This document shows positions 48,378 to 59,834 of a stretch of DNA of 64,000 bases, one piece after another; position 1 is the stretch's first letter; every line of letters begins with the position of its first letter. The stretch covers positions 3,596,001 to 3,660,000 of the forward strand of contig MU004181.1 in NCBI GenBank assembly GCA_010093605.1. The letters run 5' to 3'. This DNA is from Lophium mytilinum (taxonomy: Eukaryota). Under the pieces are notes generated by a model. It saw only the letters and a program-made list of their open reading frames with translations, searched no databases and was not told the origin of the DNA. The translations under genes were made by a program, and so were the position numbers.

Positions 48378-50623
48378 CTATAACCCGCTCCAAGGTGACC
48401 CCTCTGTCATAAAGTCGTTGTAGTCATACATCATACTATCATCCGGAACCGGAGGCAGGACCGTATTTGATAGATCCGGCCACTGGGTGAAGTTGCCAAA
48501 GGCACCCGGAAAACCGTCGACTGGTGTGTCAGCCACAGTCATGTCCAGTCTGGTCCCAGAAGTCCTGAGCAGAAACTCATTCAAGGTCTCATGTGATGTC
48601 GTAGGCATTGCAGGAGTTGGAGGCGCAAACTGGACGTTGGCCGGCGATGATATCGCAACACCAGAAAAGTGGTCCTCCCTAGGCGTCAGTACAGAAGTCC
48701 CGAGGGAAGGCTCGGCTGCTTGCAGGGTTGGAGCATTCTCTGCGCGATCCCCGGTAGCCGTCTGGTTCCAGTCCTTCATGGTCTTGCCATCCCGGAAGTG
48801 GCTCGCGATGTGCACCTCCCGAGAATTCCAGTCAGACAAGTGCAAGGAACAGAATCCACAATCCCAACCGTCATTCTGAGGAGCTTCTGCGGCGCTCTTC
48901 CATTTGGAAGCGGTGATGTCGAATAGTGTTGAGTTGTGGAAGTTCTTGACGTGCTGCCTTAGATGATCGGGTCTGTAATATGTTCGGTCTTGGAGCGATC
49001 GCGCGGCGCATACCCCAATGCGGTGAGAGGAGTGAAAATGATCCTCCGTGGGATCCTTCTGCATACAGAACGCACAGCAACTCGATGTACTACCGCGGGA
49101 GAAACTCAGACGGGGCCCGCGGAGCATGCAAGTCCATCTGGAACGTGGCAGATGCTGAGTTTCCTCGTGTCGGCGCCATGACTTGGGCGTTAGTGTCTTC
49201 TGGCAGAACGTACACTGCCAATTCTCGACGCTGGGAGAATGTCGCGGTGCTTGTGAAGGGGTCGAGGTAGTGTCTTCGGGTATGATTGGCGTAACGTTTT
49301 GCTTTCGATAGTTCTTCTTTTTGCCCCTCCGAGACGGTCCCCTAGTAGAGCTGTGAGGAGAGAAAGCGCTCGATCCAGATACCGATTCAGCACAAGAGTA
49401 CGAAGTGTCGATGCTGCTTGGTTGCACAGGTCGCGAACGGTTGCCGCTACTTCCCTGATTTGCGAGAGCCTTGAAGACATTACGACGGCCCTGGGTGTGT
49501 GACTCGTATCCTTCGCTCTCCGATGAGGCGTCATCCTCAGAGTTACTTGACAGCCATGTTTCCATAGGGTTCAACTGGCGCGCCCTTGCGTTGGTGAACC
49601 AAGTCGTAACCTGCTTTTCTGTGATGCCGCATTGCTGAGCCAGTTGCTTCTTGGTTTCAGCGCTTGGATAAGGGTCGTGCTGGTTCGCATCGAGCCATCC
49701 CTGAAGCTTCGTCAGGGCGCTTAGGGGAAGTTTGAATCCTCGGCGAGCTCTGGACCTCGTGATCTTGCATGGCTTTAGTTCCTTGGGGCGCGAATCGACT
49801 TCGATCTCTAAACAGCTTGCACATTTTGTAGGTTCTTCGGGGCTCATCAGAGCGGACAGTTCGCATGCTGAACATCGCTGATTCTCCTGATAACTTTCCA
49901 ATGGCTGATCTAGCGGTGGTAGGGAGGTCAGAAGTCCGTTGGTGCTGGTGCTTTGATAGATATCTGTGAATGGCGTTGAGGGCTCTTGGTCTGGCGATTG
50001 GCTTTCTGGAGACAAGCTCGTGTAGTCGTTGGATTTTGTCAACGCTGAGGTTAGGAGCTCTGCTATCGTATCTCCACGTGATGGTGCCGGTGGGCTACAT
50101 TTGTCACAGAGGATGCCTTCACCCGGGTTGGTGATTGCCCATAGTTCGCACGCCACGCAGGTCCGGCTCTCGTCGAGGCTCTGTCCATGATTCAGGAATA
50201 TGCTGTTGGTACGAGTGCAGTCCTTGGACGTGAAGACGTTGACTTTAGTGACAAGGGGTGCAACTTGTTGGTCTCGCTGAAGCCGCACGTGCTCGCCGCC
50301 CTTGACGGAAAGATTAGACGTGTCGAGTGAAGGCTGCAAACATGGACTCACAATATGCACGTTCCAAAAATTCGGCGACTTAAACTCGCCATTGGAGTCC
50401 TCAATGAGGGAGAAGTTCGTAGTGGATTGCTCCGGGGCAGCCGTCTGGTCCTATAGAAGCTCAGATGGACCCTTTCAAGCGGAAGCGCACGTGACGGAAG
50501 CTTATATACCTGGCTAGCTTCGACAACAAGAGAGTCGTCGAGCACCGGCTCGGAACTGATGTAGCCCGAGTCGAAGGACCAGATAGAGGGCGCAGCCTTG
50601 GATGGCTTAAGACCGAACATCAT
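48378..50623 (-). CDS. Homeobox (TALE/KN-type) plus C2H2 zinc-finger transcription factor
   Basis: LQGWLDANQHDPYPSAETK..LAQQCGITEKQVTTWFTNARAR, CTFC...SWRRHEETQH, RPDHLRQHVKNFH and CGFC...HIASHF. Intron at 50451-50509. Confidence 0.9.
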
Positions 50624-51695
50624 GTCGAGATCTGCCTTGTTGCAGGGACTAACGGCTCACGCATGCGGGGAAGCATAGGAAAAGATGGAAAACGGTGGCC
50701 AAGAATGTTTAAGGCGTTGGAAAGGCGTCTTGTAAGACTCTAAGGCAGCGCGGGATGCACCCAGTGATATATCCAGACGTTGAGTACCAGGGAGCCGGGT
50801 GGCTGTGCAAACGCATTAACGCCTCGATGCCTTAGCCACACTGCTCCAGCTGAGCAGGCCCTGGATTTCACAGCCTGACGCTCGATGGGGCATAGCGGCG
50901 GACACGCCCGCATCATGCGCCAGGACTTCGGTCTGTGCCACTGCTTAGAGCGCTTGGAACAATTACCTAGAAGTCCAAGTGTGGAAAAAGCTGAAGAGTC
51001 CGAACTAGAAGGGCTTTATAGTATTTACGAGTCCAAGGTCTCGCCACCGCCTAGGTGTTTCAAGGCAATACCACGGATCTAGATGCGGAAAAGCTGAAGA
51101 AGGCGTCGTAATCGTCAGTGGCCTTTCACCAACTGTTGACCAGCCCTGCCATTGCTTAGACTGCTTGGAGGAAATTAACAGACATCTAAACGAGGCGCAC
51201 CAGGCTCAAGAACGCAGATTAGATAGAGAATTTGTCCAACAACGATCGACTGGTCCCGCGACTATTTAGTCGCTCCCAGATTTGGTTTCACATAGGAATA
51301 TTGTCTATGAGTCTGATATAGCAACCAAACTATTTGTCAACATTCTAAAGCCCATTCTGACGCTTTGACGTTTTGATCATTATACATCTCTTCCGAGTTT
51401 CTATCATACTTCGAAGAGCCTTACGTCGTGCAAGACAAGTTCGCACGAGCTGCAATTCGAGCGGCTATTTACACGTCCCGGTCTTCTCTTCACCCCGCCT
51501 CAGCAGTGTGGCCTCGTGAGGTCATGCTTCGTACAGCCCCAGTCCAATCCGGTCTGTCACAGGCACATTAGGCGGCGTGGTCGTGGAGGCATATCAGCGG
51601 TCGTATCCGCCCCCAAGGTGAGTGTAGGCAGCGATGTGATGTCCAGAGTTGCCACTTAGTAGTAGGTTGAATTGTTTCCTGGGTGCTTCTCATGC

Positions 51696-54600
51696 TCAGC
51701 CCTTTTCCACCCCGTTGGTACGCGGCTGCTGCTCCATAAGGACGTCCATGAAACTCGGCCTCTTAACAAACCCTGGAGATCTTGACTCTTCTTTGATGTG
51801 AGCTGGCCAGGCCTTGGAGCTACAGATACTCCCCATCAGGTCCTTTAAGGCTGGAATTTCCTTCGCGACCATCGCAAAACTGTCCAAGGGTATCCAGTAC
51901 AAGCCTTCCATACTGAGAAACTGCTCCTTAGCATCATTGATGCTTTGCTGAATTTTCTTGTAGTTAAAGTCTTCCTCGCCCTCCATCGGGAATCGATAAT
52001 CCTGGGCAAGTTTCGCTATGTCGTATTTCCGCAAAAACAGCTCTCTTTGTTGTGGAGTGACCTCTTTGCGCGACCATTCCGAGTAGGGTGGTTCCATGTA
52101 GGCCAGATCAAGCTCTGGTAGCCCAAGAATTCCGGCGGCTTGAAAGGACATCATCCACGGGTCGTCTGCTTGGACACTGGGATCAATGTCCTGCAACGCA
52201 ACTTTGTAAAGCGGCAAAAATCCTGCCGAAATTCCCATTTCATCTCCAGAGAAATGCAAGGGGCGATTGGACCCCAATTCCGCAGCACGTTTTAACACCG
52301 TAGGAAGCTTCGATAGGCGTTCCAAGCGTGCAACCTCTTTAGCCTTTTCTTCTGCTAATCTCCTTGCTTCATTCTCAGCGGCAATACGTGCAGCCTCGTC
52401 AGCTAGCCTTTTGGCTTCAGCCTCCGCCTCAGCCTTTTGCTTTGCAGCCTCTTCCTCTGCAGCCTTACGTGCTAACGCTTCTTCTTCCGCTTTACGGGCA
52501 GTTTCCTCTTCCGCTTTACGGGCAGCTTCCTCTTCCGCTTTCCGTACAGCTTCTTCTTCGGCAGCTTTGCGTTTGACCTCTGCGGCTCGTCGTTCAGCTT
52601 CTTCACGGCGGGATTGAAGAACTGCCTCTGGGGTTGTAGCCTTCTCTGGTGGAGCTGTAGTCTTCTTAGGCTCAGCAGCTGGAATGGGCGCCTTCTTAGA
52701 TTTGGCCTCGTCGCCGGATTTGTCTTCAATGGTGCTCTTCGTCTCCTTGCTCTTTTCTCGATCAATAATACGGGCCTTTGCAATCATCTTCTTGATGGCC
52801 TTCCTGTCGTCGGGCGACTCCGCATCTGGGGTAGGTTTGATATCGCGCGACTTCTCCCGTTCGCTAGGCTTTGACTTGGTAAGTGGCTTCTTGATGGCTT
52901 TTCGAGAATTTTCTTCTTCGCTATCTTCCGAATGAGCTCCACTAGCACGTCTCTTAGACTCCCGGTTCTCCACCCGAGACTTGATGGGCTTCTTTATTGC
53001 CTTTTGCTCCTGGTCTTCGCTGTAAGACCTTCGCTTCGCAATGGGTTTCCTTTGAGGCTCCGGGCTTTCGTCGGACTCTGAAGACGCTGTCTCGTCGTCG
53101 ACTACTTGTCTTCGTCTTTTCTTGGCATCTCGTTGGTTGGACAATTCACGCCCTGAGATCAGCCGTCCCCTCGTCTTCTGTGGGGCCGTTGAAAACTTGG
53201 TGTGGGTGTGCTGTATCCGTCTGGTCTCGTGCCGTGGCGAAGAGGAGCGCTCGCGCTGGGGCGATGACTTCCTCTTCGGGCGGGCTGGGGCGGCACTTTG
53301 TGCTTCCTTCCTGTTCCGTTTCGGGCTTTTGTGTTCAACGCGGTGCCTGTCGTACGCTGCCTTCAAAAGATCTCTTTCCTGCTCCCATTTAGGCCCTTCT
53401 CTTTCCTCGGATATCTCGAAGTAGGTACGGCCTTCTCGGTTGCGCTTCGTAGGATCGAAAGAATCTTGCTCCAGTATCAGTTTGATAATTCTGAGATGGC
53501 CCCTCCCAATGGTGACGAGCATAGGAGTTTCGCTGTGCTTGGACGGGTCCGGATCCGCTTTTAGTCCGCTAGCTAAGAGAATGCTCAAGATGTCATAGTG
53601 ACCTCCGCGAGCAGCCGCAACACCGCAAGCAATGTTCGGTTTGATGTTGCTGTTCAACAATTCGCCCACTGCCAATATGTCACCTTCGCCAGCTTTTTCG
53701 ATGAGGGTCTCGGTGTTGAACTCGTTGTACAGTAGCCGAGATGTTGTTCTCTGCTCACTTGCGCCGGTAGCGTTGTCTGCATCCTCCAGGGTGTTGGTTT
53801 CGCGGCGCATAGCTTGCTTTAGCTCCTTTTCGATCTCCTTCATATCGTCTTCATCGTCGTTGAGCACGTCAATAGCACGTTGGCCCTTCTTATTCTGGTG
53901 ATGTGGATTTACTTTAGCTTTCCCGAGCAACAGCTTCACAACTTCCAAATGGCCATTCTCTACAGCGTCAATCAGAGGTGTGTCTCGGTCGTTCGATTCG
54001 CAATCGGTGCGGCAGCCTTGGTCGAGCAAGAACTCTACAATCTCGAAATGTCCGTTGAGTGAGGCCTTCTGGAGTGGTGCTATTCCGGCAAAATCTTCCT
54101 GATTCAGCTCCTCTGGGGCCGCGTTGAAGGCCGCTTGTGCCGCCTCAAGGTCGCCCTTTTCGCATTCCCTAGCCAGCCTAGTTGCGCCGAAACGATCCAC
54201 GTTCTTCTTTGGCATCATTGCGCGCGCCGGGGACGTTAGAGCGCGATGTGACGATCGCTTGACGCGTGCGTGAGGAGGGATGTTCGGCGTTAGGACGGGT
54301 CGTGGAGAGGAGGACGTCTCGGAGCTCGTATCAGACCAAGTCTTGCGCTCCATGGACGGCAGAACGATGGAGGACAGCTCGCGCCTCTTGCGGCCTTGCA
54401 CGCCCTGCAAAACAGACTGTGTCGACGCGGACCGTTTGTGCGGGTGAGTACCAGACGGTGCAGGAGACGGGGGCTGGTTGCGATGGCCGGGAGTGTCGCG
54501 CGCAAGGCCGTCGATCTTCGGCTTCTGGCGTGCTGGCTCGGCGGCCTTGGGACTAGAGTCTTCGCGAAGCTTGCGTTTACGGGACTCGACCGCAGACTGG

Positions 54601-55019
54601 CTTCTACCGCGTGTGGTGACGGGGCGCGACGGCGACGACGCCGCGTGAGAGGGTGACTCAGGCGGCTCGGCTGGGCTCCTCTGTTGTTCTGGCCGCGAGG
54701 TCGTGCGGCTGCTGGGCGACGTGGGAGCAGACATCCTGCCGTCATGCTCGCTGCCGTGCTTGGCGCCGTTGGTTTCCTTCTTCGACGCAGAGCTTGCAGC
54801 CGAGCGCACGACTGCATCTACGTCGTCCTCGGTCTTGATGCCAGCGTCGGACAGCACCACCGTCTCGGCCTCCGACTCATTCTGGGCATCGTCATCGTGG
54901 CTCGGGGCAGGCACCGGCGGCGAGGCTCTGGCAGCGGCAGCGGGTTGCTCTTTTGCAGGTGAGGGCAGCGAGGGCTTCGGGGCGGGCGACGTGGACGCTG
55001 GGTGTGCGCTACTGGGCAT
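51696..55019 (-). CDS. HOS4: Ankyrin-repeat protein, Set3 complex subunit Hos4-like
   Basis: 1107-aa ORF with ankyrin repeats (APLQKASLNGH, TPLIDAVENGH, AAARGGH, TPMLVTIGRGH), a charged low-complexity region and ARKAEEEA repeats. Confidence 0.8.
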   Translation of the reverse strand: MPSSAHPASTSPAPKPSLPSPAKEQPAAAARASPPVPAPSHDDDAQNESEAETVVLSDAGIKTEDDVDAVVRSAASSASKKETNGAKHGSEHDGRMSAPTSPSSRTTSRPEQQRSPAEPPESPSHAASSPSRPVTTRGRSQSAVESRKRKLREDSSPKAAEPARQKPKIDGLARDTPGHRNQPPSPAPSGTHPHKRSASTQSVLQGVQGRKRRELSSIVLPSMERKTWSDTSSETSSSPRPVLTPNIPPHARVKRSSHRALTSPARAMMPKKNVDRFGATRLARECEKGDLEAAQAAFNAAPEELNQEDFAGIAPLQKASLNGHFEIVEFLLDQGCRTDCESNDRDTPLIDAVENGHLEVVKLLLGKAKVNPHHQNKKGQRAIDVLNDDEDDMKEIEKELKQAMRRETNTLEDADNATGASEQRTTSRLLYNEFNTETLIEKAGEGDILAVGELLNSNIKPNIACGVAAARGGHYDILSILLASGLKADPDPSKHSETPMLVTIGRGHLRIIKLILEQDSFDPTKRNREGRTYFEISEEREGPKWEQERDLLKAAYDRHRVEHKSPKRNRKEAQSAAPARPKRKSSPQRERSSSPRHETRRIQHTHTKFSTAPQKTRGRLISGRELSNQRDAKKRRRQVVDDETASSESDESPEPQRKPIAKRRSYSEDQEQKAIKKPIKSRVENRESKRRASGAHSEDSEEENSRKAIKKPLTKSKPSEREKSRDIKPTPDAESPDDRKAIKKMIAKARIIDREKSKETKSTIEDKSGDEAKSKKAPIPAAEPKKTTAPPEKATTPEAVLQSRREEAERRAAEVKRKAAEEEAVRKAEEEAARKAEEETARKAEEEALARKAAEEEAAKQKAEAEAEAKRLADEAARIAAENEARRLAEEKAKEVARLERLSKLPTVLKRAAELGSNRPLHFSGDEMGISAGFLPLYKVALQDIDPSVQADDPWMMSFQAAGILGLPELDLAYMEPPYSEWSRKEVTPQQRELFLRKYDIAKLAQDYRFPMEGEEDFNYKKIQQSINDAKEQFLSMEGLYWIPLDSFAMVAKEIPALKDLMGSICSSKAWPAHIKEESRSPGFVKRPSFMDVLMEQQPRTNGVEKG
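52440..52575 (-). repeat. Coding 24-bp minisatellite (RKAEEEAA)n
   Basis: tcttccgcttt(a/c)cg recurs about every 24 bp. Confidence 0.7.
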
Positions 55020-55320
55020 TATGGGAGACAGGATGGGATGGGTCCTGCCTCATTGCGAACTGAGGGTGCTCGGGGCGATGGCAGGGTGGCGGGCGAGGCC
55101 GTCGAGATCGTGATGCAGGTGGGAGGTGAAAGGGTGAGGGAGATTGGATGTTGCGGCCTTTCGTATCGCCAGATCCAAAGCGGCTTACTGCCTCCGCTTG
55201 GCGCTGTGGGCACGCTTCAGACCCGTGGAAATTCAGACCCCAAACCATAACAATAACATCGCCATTCCGCGATTGACAGCAATTCGACCCGTGGGCCTGG
55301 TGCATCACAGCGGCCTGCCC

Positions 55321-56318
55321 ATGGACCTGAATGGATCTCTCGCCGCGTTGCTGGACCCCGTACTGCTGCTGCGTGTCTTCTACCTGGCCGCCGCCGCTCT
55401 GGTATCTCCAGCCTTTTCCTGTGGCCTCTGCCAGCTTTTCCGCTGACTTAGCTGGTATGCGCCCAGATACTGCTCATCAGCGCCGTGCCTGCACTTAGCG
55501 ATCGCTTTCTTGCTTATGGCTCTCGTTCTGCCCGTCCCATTGCGCCCAAGAATGGACCCACGACCGTCCTCACCCGCTTTCTTGACCATCTGACGACCTA
55601 TCGCGTCCCGCATCGCTACTTTACCCATTTCTATATCCTCTCCACCTTGAGCTCCCTGTTTTGGGCGCACCAGATATGGACACGTGGGCCTGGCTTTGAG
55701 CTCCTAGCCACCTTCGTCCCCAGAGACGCTCCTAGCATGACTCTTCCGCAGATCTGGATGGTTTGGGCATTGATGCTGCTGCAGGGAGTTCGCCGCCTTC
55801 TTGAGTGTTTGACGTCCTCGAGGTCGACGAGCACCATGTGGATAGGACACTACGTCCTCGGCCTGCTCTTCTACCTGACAGTGAACATCAGCATCTGGAT
55901 TGAAGGGGCTCAGGTGATCTGCGCTGCCTCCCCTTCGTCACACCGCGAACCAGTGCTCTCATCGCTCATTCAGCCCTTGTCTCTCCCCGTCCTGCTCGCA
56001 GCCCATGTCGGCCAGCACAGCTACCACACCTACCTGTCGTCTCTTCGCACGACGAAGCAGTCGTACAGTCTGCCCTCCCATCCGCTGTTTCTGAACGCCA
56101 TCTGCCCCCATTACACGCTTGAGGTCTTGATATATGCCTGTCTGGCTCTTCTTGCGGCACCCGAGGGCCGGCTAGTGAATTGGACTCTTGCGGCTGGAGT
56201 AGTATTCGTAGCCGTTAATCTCGGTGTCACTGCTCAGGGCACTAAAGCGTGGTATATTGATCAATTCGGCGCGGAGAAGGTGGCTCGGAGGTGGAAGATG
56301 GTCCCAGGAATATGGTAG
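55321..56318 (+). CDS. DFG10: Polyprenol reductase (steroid 5-alpha-reductase family)
   Basis: FLAYGSR, VPHRYFTHFY, QGVRRLLEC, MWIGHYVLG, ICPHYTLEVLIY, NLGVTA...WY..F and RRWKMVPGIW. One intron from 55402. Confidence 0.92.
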
Positions 56319-56887
56319 ATTGTGAAAGAAGTAGTTACAAAACTTGTCCTAATCCAGAGCCTGCCGATCTTAACTTCACGTCCTGATTCTCTTGAATACG
56401 CTGGGGCACCTCATGCACTGTAATACGGAAAAACCCCATTAGAATTACAGTACGCTCGATTTGAAGGGCACGGAAATTGACACACTACTTGGATCATTTC
56501 GAGTACGTTGAAGCACCTCATAGAGTCGTAAGAGAGTAGCAATTTACATGGTAAGGCACTGTAAATTAGGAGGGAGATTTTCATTGCTATCACTAGACAG
56601 CATCCTAACAAGAGCAAGGGACCATAGGTCCAGTCTTTGTACATCGACCTAACACCGCCTGGGGCATTCTGGAGAGGTATGAGGACTGTCAAAATATTAC
56701 GATATCCCTTCTAGACTGCCGAAAATAGTTTGAGTGCTCTAAAAACAAATCATTGTGCACGGTCCAAGTCGAGTTCAAGATATCCCGCTCTGCCTTCTGC
56801 CTATACTCCCGAACACTCTTTCCAGAAATTCTCAACATACTCAACCTCCATAGCCAGCAGAGACACATCCACCAAACATGGCTCAAA

Positions 56888-58018
56888 ATGACTTCCCAAA
56901 CCCCGCACCGACCCCAAATGCGGAAGACCCGCTTCGTATGCATCTCCGACACCCACAACCAAACACCTAAGCTTCCCCGCGGCGACGTGCTGATCCACGC
57001 GGGCGATCTCACCAACCAAGGCAGCCTGACGGAGCTGCAAAAGACAGTCGCATGGCTCGAGAAAGCCGACTTCGAGGCTAAGATCATCATCGCAGGTACA
57101 TACATCCATCCGCTCGTCTGCAAGCTCCAAAAGCAACCCCACCACGCCGATCTAACATGTATCTACCTATTTGCAGGAAACCACGACATCACCCTCGACG
57201 CCCCCTTCTACCACGCCCACGGCACCTCCTGGCGCTTCCCCGAGCCCCAAGACCCAGCCGCATGCCTCAAGCTCCTCGCGGAGTCACCCTCCCTCACCTA
57301 CCTCCAGCACCAGTCCGCCTCGATCCGTCTCCGCTCGCCTACAGGGCCTCACACACGCTTCACGGTCTTCGGCAGCCCATACTCGCCTACGCTATGCCAA
57401 TGGGCTTTTCAGTACGCGGAAGCGGATGCCGCTGAGCTCTGGGACGCGATCCCTGAAGACACGGATGTGGTGATAACGCATACCCCACCGCGGAATCACT
57501 GCGACGCAGCCGGCGCCGGGCATTCACGTGGGTGCGAGGGGCTCCGACGGCGGTTATGGCGTGTGAGGCCGCGGCTGGCGGTTTGTGGGCATATACATGA
57601 AGGGAGGGGTGCAGAGAGGGTGCGTTGGGATGGCAATGGGGAGGAAGGGTGCTTGGAGGAGGGCAGTGAGCTGTGGGAGGATACAAGCGCTGGGAGTAAG
57701 AAGCAGTCGCTTGTTGACTTGACGGGGAAGGGGAATGGGAAAGGCTGGAGGGGCTTAGGGGACGACGGCGTGGAGACACGTCACGATATCGCCAGCCTTG
57801 GATTGGGAGGGCAGTCTAAAGGTGGGGGCCAGCCTGGTGGTGCTGGCTTAACGCGGGAAAAAGGGGAGGAGAAAGTGAGGAGGGAGACTACTACTTGTGT
57901 GGTCAATGCTGCTTTCATGGCGGCGGGCTATGGAGAAGGACCGAAGCGGTTCAATAAGCCTATCGTGGTTGATATGGATCTCCCGATTTGGACGGATGGT
58001 GACGATGGCGAGACTTAG
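56888..58018 (+). CDS. Calcineurin-like metallophosphoesterase (MPPED type)
   Basis: CISDTHN, IHAGDLT, IAG|NHD (intron 57096-57176), ITHTPP, CGHIHEGRG and VVNAA. Confidence 0.92.
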   Translation: MTSQTPHRPQMRKTRFVCISDTHNQTPKLPRGDVLIHAGDLTNQGSLTELQKTVAWLEKADFEAKIIIAGTYIHPLVCKLQKQPHHADLTCIYLFAGNHDITLDAPFYHAHGTSWRFPEPQDPAACLKLLAESPSLTYLQHQSASIRLRSPTGPHTRFTVFGSPYSPTLCQWAFQYAEADAAELWDAIPEDTDVVITHTPPRNHCDAAGAGHSRGCEGLRRRLWRVRPRLAVCGHIHEGRGAERVRWDGNGEEGCLEEGSELWEDTSAGSKKQSLVDLTGKGNGKGWRGLGDDGVETRHDIASLGLGGQSKGGGQPGGAGLTREKGEEKVRRETTTCVVNAAFMAAGYGEGPKRFNKPIVVDMDLPIWTDGDDGET

Positions 58019-59834
58019 TTTTATAGTTCTATGTATGGAGCAGAGACAGGCAGCTGTTCGCGCGGCATGATCTCACGATACATGAGAGGTGCTACCTGTC
58101 ACTGCCACAGGTTCTGAACGGCGCATGGAATGACGCTCCGAGGCGGCCAGGCAATCAGACCCTCACACGTTCGGGCCTTGGTGTTGCACCACCAGAGACT
58201 CAGGTCCCCGCACGGCGCTGGATCCCTGATCCTTCCACTTTACTCGATAGATGCTTGATTGGCCATGTGAGTGGGCGGGCCGGGACGACACGACGAGTAC
58301 CTTGGGCTAGCATTGGGTGCCGCGCCAATCGCCGGGAGAAAGGGCAGGGCGATCAGTCGACGTCTCAACGGCGCGGCGAGGCAGAGAGCAAAGGCTGCGA
58401 TGCCTTCTGATACTACTAGAAGGGTTGCCTCACATCACGCCCCGTGGGAGGGAGGGCACAGAGAGGTCGACAAGGCCGGCAATGCAGCAGGGCGTCACAC
58501 CACAAGCGGCGCCATGTCTGCGTCGTGGGGATGCTCGAGGCTAGCCTGAGGGGGCTTCTGGGGCAGACGGTGGTGTTGATGGGCCAATGGTTGAGGGCTG
58601 CAGCCAGAGGCCCAATGGAAAATATCGCATCAGCTGGCCTCTCTCCTGGCACCAGGAAGAGGCAGCTGCTTCGACGGAGAAAGCAGGCTGCCAGTCGGCC
58701 GAGCAGCACGAGAGCGATGAGAGTGATTCCAATTGCTTGCAAATAACGTGCAAATAACGCTGGGCCGTGACAATTGACGGACTGCACGCCCTGAAGATCG
58801 AGAGAGGCATGCTTGATAATGGGGGCGCAATCGACGCTGCATCTCGACGAGGTCGCGGAACTGCGGCCTGCTGGTCTGCTCCCGGGTTTGGCCATGGGCA
58901 AGAGACCTCGCAGCCATCAGCAACAAATAGCGACAGCCGCCGTGCCCGACGTGCAGGACGGTCTCTCACGCTGAGGCCAGCGCTTAGAAACTTTGCTCCA
59001 ATGGTCGAGTCAGCCAAACTGCAGCCAGTGGCCGCTCAACACCACGCCGGCGTGCTCCAGCTTGACATCGCAGTGCCCAGCCGCTTGAGGCCCCGAGGCC
59101 AATGGCGCCGTCGACGGGCGTGGCGAGGTGACGACGAGGCAGCGGCGCGCATCGCGGGCAGCGTGGGCAGTGTGCTGAAGTGAAGACGAGGCGCAAGGCG
59201 GGCACGCTTTTGACTTTGAGAGCGGCAGCCCTGGCGAAACGGAACAGGCAGCCAGGAGGGGCCTGTCGGGGTGCATGTATATGAGGTGGCTGTCGCGAGC
59301 ATCTCACGTCTGCAGTGTTGCTGGAAAAGCGTGGGTTGGAGTTCGTGCAAAGTGAAACCATCGATCGGCCCGGATCTCACCGCTGCGTTGCTGCTCTACC
59401 ATTTGCACTGCCTCCCGCGCAACTCGCAACCGACGCCGGACACGTTTCCAAATCGCATACTTCCATACATTCCATACCGCTTCTCGGGCCTTCGATTCCC
59501 TTCAACGTCCGTCGCAGAATCAACCCTGACCCCTCGGCCGCTGGATCGCCGGACTTGTGCCTTACTCACCCCCCAGGCTGATGTAATCCTGTGCGCAGCA
59601 CCTCTCTCTCACCACCGCATCACCACCATCAACGCCTTCCTACAAGACCCCCACCCCCCTCGATCCTGCAACGCCTATTCCTCCTCATACACCACACATC
59701 GACCACTCCAACCACACCCGTATTATCAGAAATATCCACCCGACGCTGGCCCATCTCCGCTGCCTGCTCGCTGACGTCGCCGCCCAAACTGCATGTCCGC
59801 CGTCGCTCTCAGGACCAGCTAGACTGCCTAGATC

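Noticed and set aside
58271..59774. Cluster of overlapping ORFs upstream of the J-domain gene
   Set aside because: GC-rich promoter/5'-UTR sequence with non-ATG starts and no motifs.
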